Origin: Chrysomallon squamiferum | Lineage: Eukaryota > Animalia > Mollusca | Direction of reading: 5' to 3' | Assembly (NCBI GenBank): GCA_012295275.1 | Contig: CM022673.1 | Span: 23,312,001 to 23,376,000, forward strand | DNA: 64,000 nt | Part shown: positions 56,272 to 64,000 of the stretch, in pieces | Layout: each line of letters opens with the position of its first letter | Position numbering within the stretch: the first letter of the stretch is position 1 | Notes under the pieces: model-generated | The model's input: only the letters and a program-made list of their open reading frames with translations | Databases searched by the model: none | What the model was told of the DNA's origin: nothing | Translations under genes and position numbers: made by a program

Positions 56272-57069
56272 CTACCCGACGAAAAGAGGCGATTTCGTGT
56301 TCGACTTAATTCGTATGTAAAGCGAAAGGAGCGAACACTTGTGCGTGGTACACTTCCAGTACGGACCTTTGTACTTCAGAACTTTCTCGAAAAGAAGCGC
56401 GTTGTTTGTGATCAGCTGGAAAATGGCCGTCAGTCCTTTCATGAGAACGGAAAAACTTACAACCTCGTTTTCAATCTTAATTTTGTTTCGCAGCTGGTCC
56501 GTTAACATCAATACTTTCTGCTGTTCATCAATGCTCGATTCTTCGGCGGAAACTTTGCTTTGTCGGTTAAGATGCTCGTCGCTGTATTTAACTCGCCCGG
56601 AATCACGTTTCTTGGGCCACGTATAATCGTAGTACCCTGACCTTAAGGCGGGATGTATTTGCAGTTTGTCGTGGCTGCCTCCTGACTTGGGGTGATTAGA
56701 AGATATCCCGTTCCATCTTATATTTACTGGTGGCCGCGCTGAATAATAAATAAATAAATAAATAAATAAATACGAAACAATTCTTCTAGATTGTAGTAAT
56801 TTACTTCTTTTTCTTCTTCTTTTAAAAAAAAAAAAAAAAAAAAATACCATTTATTATTATTATTATTATTATTTTTAAAAATAAACACCACTAAAAGGTG
56901 ACCTTCGAATAGCCTTTCTTATTGTTATTTTTTTGAAATTTTTAACTCGTTAGTGATATGTTGAAAACGAACCTTTATATCCAGCTTTTACCAGATAGCC
57001 GAACAACAACAGCCAAAGAACAACATTGATAGCACATCGCTGAAAACCTGTGAAAATAATAACAATAAC

Positions 57070-57122
<53 letters not shown>

Positions 57123-57141
57123 CAACAACAACAACAACAAC

Positions 57142-57202
<61 letters not shown>

Positions 57203-58010
57203 TAAAATCTACAGCCAAAATCCACTGCAGAGTCGTTTCATTTCAAACTGACCATTTTTCAGTTACAAGGTGCGTGTACATATGTGTGTGTGTGTGCGCG
57301 TGTAAGTGTGCACGAAAAATACACATAACCATCAGCAGTACTTAGGTACTTATGTATTGCATTTCTTAATGGAATTAGAAAACGACAAGTAAGCTACTCT
57401 AAAGGAATTAATAAACAAAATGGCAGCAATAGCACTAGTAAACAAAGTAGCAGTCACAGTTTCAGCAATAGTAAATAAACTGACAGCTACAGTAATAGCA
57501 GTAGTAAACAAACTAACAGCTGCAGTAACAGTACTAGTAAATAAACTGACAGCTACAGTAATAACACTAGAAAACAAATTAACAACCGCAATAACAGTAC
57601 TAGTAAACAAACTGACAGCTACAGTAACAGCAGTAGTAAACAAACTGACAGCTACAGTAACAGCAGTAGTAAACAAACTGACAGCTACAGTAACAGCACT
57701 AGCAAACAAAATGGCAGCCATAGCAATAGCACTAGTAAACAAACTGACAGCCACAGTGATAGTTCTAGTAAACAAACTGACGGCCACTGTAATAGCACTA
57801 GTAAACAAAATGTCAGCCACAGTTATGGGATAGTAACATTACCATTTCAAATGCTAGTATTCATTTACCATTATCTGACATATCTACTTTACTGGAAAAC
57901 AAATTGAACCAAGAAGAAAAATAAATATGTGTTCATTCTGTGTGCTAGAATGACCTTCAGAATGATTTAATAACAAAATATTTTGTTATGTACTTACCTT
58001 TACTGAACAT
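56272..58010 (-). CDS. Putative secreted orphan precursor protein
   Basis: Phase-consistent exons 58010-57998 (MFSK), 57047-56973 (GFQRCAINVVLWLLLFGYLVKAGYK, signal peptide-like), 56738-56461 (ARPPVNIRW...WPKKRDS...ENEV), then 56415-56272 after a 45-nt in-frame intron. The 3' structure is uncertain. Confidence 0.55.
57420..57830. repeat. 33-bp minisatellite (~12 copies) in the intron of the orphan secreted gene
   Basis: Unit agtaaacaaactgacagctacagtaacagcagt. It is stop-free in one frame on each strand, which produces the two 11-aa-periodic ORFs in the track. Confidence 0.9.
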
Positions 58011-60544
58011 TTGTCTTTTCAAATTGTTTGGCTTTTACTAGATTGGTGTCTAGATTAATGGTGTACATATTTTTCTTTTATGAAAAAATATATAACGTGA
58101 TTTCCATGTTTTCAGTAATTCTCGACTGGATATGTAGTCGGTTGTAAATTACACTGCAGGGGTCCAGGTACATATTACGTGGGATGACTTTCCCAAAAAT
58201 CAATTATAGCACTCAGTTACTGCATTTTTTTCTCCTTATAGCAATTCATCAGGTTGCTTGCATTCAAGGAAAAACATATTTGGAATTATACATTTTTATT
58301 TATGTTGGAACTAATAATGGTATTTATTTTTACGTGTTTTTAATTAAAAATTACAGATAATAGTTGTATCGAACAATGAAATGTCTTTAATATTTAACAT
58401 AAAACACCCACGCAAGACAGGGAATCTTCTGAACATCAAACACGGTGCAACTATGAAATTTCCTGCGAGTTTCCGTAACCTTTCGCTAGTTTCCGTAACA
58501 CATGGTGAAGTGCTCGTTTTGTTTGTAGTTCGTTAAAAAAAAAGTTACTCATTTTGAATTTGAATTTTATTAAAAGTTTGTATTATAAGAACTGATTGAA
58601 TGAAATTCAAAATATAGAAGAAATGAAACAAATCTGTTTAAAAAAAATAGAAACTGGCTTATGTATTTAATAAACACAAATGAAAATAAAGTTTAAAGAA
58701 CAAATATTGTTTTAAAGTAAGTAGAAAAAAGCCTCTATATATTTTAATATATATATTTTTATTATTTTTTAAACTGAACAGTTAATTAACGGCCATATGC
58801 AAATCTTATCATCTTGACATGTTTTCAGAACGTATATATATATTTTTTAATTACACAGCCTGCACTCAGAATAATTATGCAGTCTGATTTGACAAGAAAT
58901 CAATATTTATATCCAGAAAATATACACTGATTAAAAGAAAGGAAGGAATCCTTCAAAAATCTGTTTATTTTGTTTTAAATGGGTATGTGACCTTTGCGTT
59001 CACTTTTGACGTCTTAAATGACGATAATTTTAGATTTATAAATAATATATGATTTTATTTTATTATTATTTTTTTTTTTTGACATCATTCATAAACAATT
59101 AAAAAAAACAAAAAAAACAACAACATTAAAAACCAAAAATCACTGTTTAATATGTGGCTTATTACTGTTTAATATATGGAAATATTTTAAGATTTCTAAC
59201 TTTTTCTTTCACTCTTCAGCTAGTACAGCAACATTTTTATTACTATCTGTGACCTGCAGTCCTTTCCTTTTCCTATCGATAGTGCAATTATTATAAATAC
59301 GAATAACATCCACTTAATAAGATCTTTGTTGTCCTGAAATCGAGCTCTGGACTGTCTTTCGTTCCTGCTATTTCTCGGCGTTTGGTTTATTAAAGGCTGT
59401 GTCACATTCTTTTTTTTTTCTCTGGAGTCCTTTGAGTGTTACCCATGGTGTGGCGTCCGTGATTTTTTGTTTTTGTTGTTGTTGTTGTTTTTTTTTTTTT
59501 ATTTATATATAAAATTAGACATAAACAGAATTTTACCGTTAATATCTATTAATAATAAAATGAAGTGGAACGTCGATAAATAAATATTGATTCATTCAGT
59601 TATTAATTAATGTATTGTGAATATGTCAGTTTGTACTGAAATTATTTATTCCTTTAAAAACGCCATTTCTTCCAGTTTCCTTCAGTCGTTTAATTTAATT
59701 TTTGTTTTCTGTACGCCCCTACTATAGTTATTTTGTTCGTTATTTTAACTGTTTTGATAACAGTAATAATAATAATTAGTAGTAGTAGAAGCAGAAGTAG
59801 AAGTATACTAGTATTAGTAAAAATAATAAAACACTGATGAACTAAGGAAAGACAAGGAAATTATTTTGTAAATGCAAATCGTATACTCAGTCTTTATAGA
59901 ATATTTTAAAATATAATTTATTTTATGATCTCTCTCTAGATAGGTTGATGAATGACAGATAAAACGAGAAAAAAGAATTACAAAATACTTTTCAGTACAT
60001 TGGTAAGTATTTTATTTACAAAATAGGTTATGTGAATATATATAATATAACTGAGGAAATCACTTTTCTCTAGCTTATAACAGTTTTTTGTTTGTTTAAT
60101 AAATGTTTGAAATCAGCGAATACATTATGGTCATTCTATGCAAGTCACGAGTCCGACTGGCATAATTATCACTTCCAGCGAATCTAGATTTCCCTGAGTA
60201 CATGTAAGTACGGCAAAAAGACTAATCCATACCCGTCTCTTTCTCTTTCTCCTCCCTTAGTTCACAGTCACCATTCCTTTTATTAAGCAGGATCCGGCTG
60301 AAGAAGCAACAACATAGTAAAACAAAGAATTCTTTATGTCTTAAAATTCTTTTCTGAACAAGCTTTCTTTTTCTTTTTTCTTTTTGTTTTTACTATCCAT
60401 AAATAACTTTCGTCAACAGCCACTGTTGTTATACAGTTCAGAACAATTATGTAAATATTTGGTATTGTGACTGCAATTCCTGATGTGGCGCTGATCAGAA
60501 AAGAAAAGCACATTTAAAATATTTGACTTCTTTACCTTGTCAAC

Positions 60545-62647
60545 TTATGACCACTGTTTCAGTTTTCTTCTCAATTCCTCGTCACAAATCGTATCATGGT
60601 CCAGTATTTCGAAGTCAGTAAAATTGTGGAAGAAATTTGCAATGTTGCATGTTCCACATTTAAGCAGTAAAGCATCTTTTTCTTGTATCCTCTTTTCGTA
60701 GATTTCATTCAGTATCATGTGATACTCGAAACTGTTCTGAAAACCGCTGCTGATGTAGTCGGCGGAAACAATGACTAAATACTTGCTGCTTGTAACTATA
60801 GCTTCAGACACTTCTTTAGTTTCTGTGTCTCCGACTGCGACATCGCGATCTCTGAAATACACTTTCTTCCCAAAAGATTCTAGTATGTTCGCTAAGTCAC
60901 GCGCAAGATCATTCTCAGCGTCTGCATGTGAAATGTAAACGTCGTATTTGCGAGGTAAGCCCGTGTTACCAATACCTCCTAAAGCTTCCTGAGAATTACT
61001 CTCAGTCAAAGACTTCCAGACTCTTTGTTCCAAAATTAGATTCCTCACTGGAGTAATATAGTGATTAGTCCATTTGCATGCTATATAAGCTATAAACAGA
61101 TCCAAACAAAGATATATGAAAAACACAGAATATTCTATTATAAAGTAATTTCTATCGAGTTCGTTTATGGCGCACTGAAGCCAAGAACATGAACTCGTGA
61201 ATGGAATCGAGTCCAAACATTCTTCTCCAAACTGTTGCGGCTTTGAATCATTCTGAAAAATTAGAAGCATGTCTGCGGTTCGAGGAATAAGTCGAATACG
61301 TGTAGGATGATCCACTTCTACGACGTCATGTCTCCCACTCGAAACGTTATAGAAATTTCTATAAAACTTGAAAGTGTGAATGCCATAGGTTGACGGACAT
61401 GCACACTGCCAAGCTCTAGCTAATATGGAACTTGTCATGCTTAGCCAATAACCAACTAAGTTCGGAATTCCATCAAAATTTCCTTCATGATGCCAACATA
61501 TCCAGTACATGAACACAAAAAGAGAACACCCAGACAGACGTCCCGAACAAACATCGTGGAATGGTTTATTGTTAATAAAATAACTAATCGTGATGTCTTG
61601 TTTTTCAGCTTCATTTAAATAAGACGCACTCAAAGATAAGATTCCACCCGGAGGAGCTGACTTAGTTGTGATTGTTGAGGGTATTTTACTCAGTTTGAAT
61701 TCGCCTGCCCACACGTAGGAGTTCAGCTTCAAAAGAAGATTCAGAAATTCCATTTTGCTATAATACTGTACAAGTAGTTTATTTAATTCTTTAATTTCTT
61801 CGTTTATAAATATGCATGTTGGATCCGAACAATCAGATATTTCTTCAACTAAAACTGTTTCGAAGTTAGATTTTTCCTGAGTTGTTTCTTTTTCTTCATC
61901 GTAATTCTTAAGTTTTCGTTTAGCACTTTCCTTCATATGGCAGGAATAATTTCCAAAATCTGTATCTTCTATTAGATATATTGTAAGTGTCGAATTAAGA
62001 AAATATGAAAACAGGCTTGTATTTGATGTCACATTTGCTTCAGTAAATGTAAAATCTATATGGAATTTCCACGACGGGATAATATCTTCACCATTGTGTT
62101 TCCAAATAACTTGTCTAGAATCAGGTTCTACTTCTGATTCGAAAATCATGAAATCATAACAGCGAAACTTGACATCTTCGTTATTGTATCTGAAATGCTC
62201 CTCAAGAAACTTAGGTTTTTCAGTTCGAATCATCGATGTTGTTTCATTTCTGTTTTCATCAATTATAATCACGCTGTCATCTAGACGACGTATCACGTTT
62301 CCCTTAAGCTGTTCCCAGCAGAGTAGAGCCAATGAGTCTAAACCGTGAGCCACTAGAAAATAACTTAACAGTGAAATAAACAGCAAATACAGGCCAATAC
62401 GCCATGCACCGTATCTCCTGTAATAATCATGAAAATACCCAAGAATCAAACAGACGATCAACCTCAAAAACAGTGACGTCTGCTCGATAACTGCCCGCCA
62501 GTTGACGTAACAAACTTCAACACTGCTTGTTTGGCCAATGAAAAAAGTAAATAACGAACCAGTTAAACTTGCAACAGAAAACAGAAACAGCCACTTTCTT
62601 GAAGTTTTCTTTTTACTTCGACAGCAACGTTTCAGTTGGTGATTCAT
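60545..62647 (-). CDS. Ig-domain + TIR-domain membrane receptor (IL-1R-like architecture) with extra N-terminal transmembrane segments
   Basis: 700-aa uninterrupted ORF. About 3 hydrophobic segments in aa ~19-110. Ig hallmarks VKFRC...VIWKHNG...STLTIYLIEDTDFGNYSCHM. TM at YFIIEYSVFFIYLCLDLFIAYIAC. TIR with box1 KYDVYISHA, FRDRDVAVG, EAIVTSSKYLVIVSADY, FEY and a terminal LKQW. An acceptor-like CAG directly precedes the ATG, so upstream exons are possible. Confidence 0.9.
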   Translation of the reverse strand: MNHQLKRCCRSKKKTSRKWLFLFSVASLTGSLFTFFIGQTSSVEVCYVNWRAVIEQTSLFLRLIVCLILGYFHDYYRRYGAWRIGLYLLFISLLSYFLVAHGLDSLALLCWEQLKGNVIRRLDDSVIIIDENRNETTSMIRTEKPKFLEEHFRYNNEDVKFRCYDFMIFESEVEPDSRQVIWKHNGEDIIPSWKFHIDFTFTEANVTSNTSLFSYFLNSTLTIYLIEDTDFGNYSCHMKESAKRKLKNYDEEKETTQEKSNFETVLVEEISDCSDPTCIFINEEIKELNKLLVQYYSKMEFLNLLLKLNSYVWAGEFKLSKIPSTITTKSAPPGGILSLSASYLNEAEKQDITISYFINNKPFHDVCSGRLSGCSLFVFMYWICWHHEGNFDGIPNLVGYWLSMTSSILARAWQCACPSTYGIHTFKFYRNFYNVSSGRHDVVEVDHPTRIRLIPRTADMLLIFQNDSKPQQFGEECLDSIPFTSSCSWLQCAINELDRNYFIIEYSVFFIYLCLDLFIAYIACKWTNHYITPVRNLILEQRVWKSLTESNSQEALGGIGNTGLPRKYDVYISHADAENDLARDLANILESFGKKVYFRDRDVAVGDTETKEVSEAIVTSSKYLVIVSADYISSGFQNSFEYHMILNEIYEKRIQEKDALLLKCGTCNIANFFHNFTDFEILDHDTICDEELRRKLKQWS

Positions 62648-62924
62648 CTGTTAGAACAAAATGAGAATCATACATTACGTCTTGGATTTTTACAACAAAA
62701 TACCCGCGGAGCGTAATTTCATACGAGAATTTAACACATTTTCATCTCTGGAAATGATTTTCTTCATTTTTCCCTTTCTATTTTCTCTTCTTTTTTTAAA
62801 AAAAAAATTTATTATTATTATTATTATTATTATTTACACTTTATGGTAATTTACTTAATAAATTCGACAATATTGGTAAATAATACGACAATGATTTTTT
62901 TCACTCTATTTTGTTTAAATTTTC

Positions 62925-62955
<31 letters not shown>

Positions 62956-63198
62956 ATAATTAAAGTGAGTAACAAGTATCTCTCTCTCCCTCTCTCTCTC
63001 TCCCTCTCTCTTATATACACACACACACACACACACATTTATGTATGCAAATATACATATGCATGTAATTAAATAAATAAATAAAAATGATTTAATGTAT
63101 ATTGCCTCTATAAAATCCATCTGAAAATCAGGTAACGCCGGCATGACGTAGGTAGTGTATATCCGCAGAATTTATCATATATCTAAATAAAACTAAAA

Positions 63199-63233
<35 letters not shown>

Positions 63234-63260
63234 AATTGTATCTTTATTAATGAGTGGATG

Positions 63261-63322
<62 letters not shown>

Positions 63323-64000
63323 CAGAACATGTTTTCCAAAAGAAACATCGAATTGCAGAACAGTTACAACACATACTATAATGATGAAAGTAGGTGTTAT
63401 GTTCATTTCAGTGATAGTTTATTATTATTAAAAATATATATATTTAGAAACTTCATTCATCTCCACAACTCGTAAAGAGTAATGAAGCACTAGAACGCGT
63501 GAAAAATCCGTATGGACATTCTGAAGAATATTAAGTCGCTTCTGTTTGAAAGATAATTAGGACCACTGTCTTTCGTGAATCGAATAGAATGAAATCTAGT
63601 TATTTTCGTAATGTTATTTTCCATTTTTTTCTCTTTGCGTTTATTCTTTCATTCCATTCAATTTTCCTACAGGAATAATTGAGGGATATAAAACAAGAAG
63701 GGAGATAACTCCAGTAACCTTCCTAATTTTAGTTATATTAACGGTTGCTTATCTAAATAGATTTATCTTTTCTTTTCTTTTTTTTTAAATTAATTTAAAA
63801 ATTAAAATTAAAAAGTCAGTTATAGGTGTAATTTGCTGACTCATTAGTTTCATGTTTCTTCGGTAAAGAATTGAATACAAACCATGCAGATAACGCACAG
63901 AACTATTGCAGAAGACAACTAATCCTGCGATCTGTCAGACGTCATTCATAACTTCCAATCAACGATACAACCCGCATAAAACAAATATAAACTTAACCAC

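Noticed and set aside
56116-56626. + strand ORFs of 129 and 95 aa
   Set aside because: Antisense to the minus-strand exon that has signal-peptide and splice support; no motifs of their own.
63128-63406. MNITPTFIIIVCVVTVLQF... as a signal-peptide exon of the TIR receptor
   Set aside because: No convincing donor site in a compatible phase, and the ORF runs into (AT)n and poly-A tracts.

Overview
AT-rich, microsatellite-dense eukaryotic (animal) genomic DNA with spliced GT-AG genes; gene content and repeat style suggest a lophotrochozoan, probably a mollusc (inference, not determined). No rRNA, intact tRNA or CRISPR array was found. Exons were assembled by hand from splice sites and codon phase into eight genes. 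(1) ZCWPW2-like CW+PWWP histone reader (-, runs off the left edge). (2) Uncharacterised coiled-coil protein with three candidate alternative first exons (-). (3) Secreted coiled-coil/mucin-like protein ending in a GDS..N.G..GD..TQ.ND / GLNRV..G..R.G.GLC domain I cannot name (-, one frameshift). (4) 14-exon CPVL-like S10 serine carboxypeptidase with an apparent type II membrane anchor (-). Genes 5-8 form a ~12.5 kb cluster of signalling genes. (5) Activin/myostatin-class TGF-beta ligand lacking both the interchain cysteine and the heel helix, like Lefty (+). (6) Tail-to-tail Spaetzle-like cystine-knot ligand, missed by the ORF track because of two frameshifts (-). (7) Orphan secreted precursor (-). 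(8) Single-ORF 3TM-Ig-TM-TIR receptor (-). Several single-base frameshifts fall in short homopolymers and may be assembly errors. Most short ORFs in the track are microsatellite artefacts.
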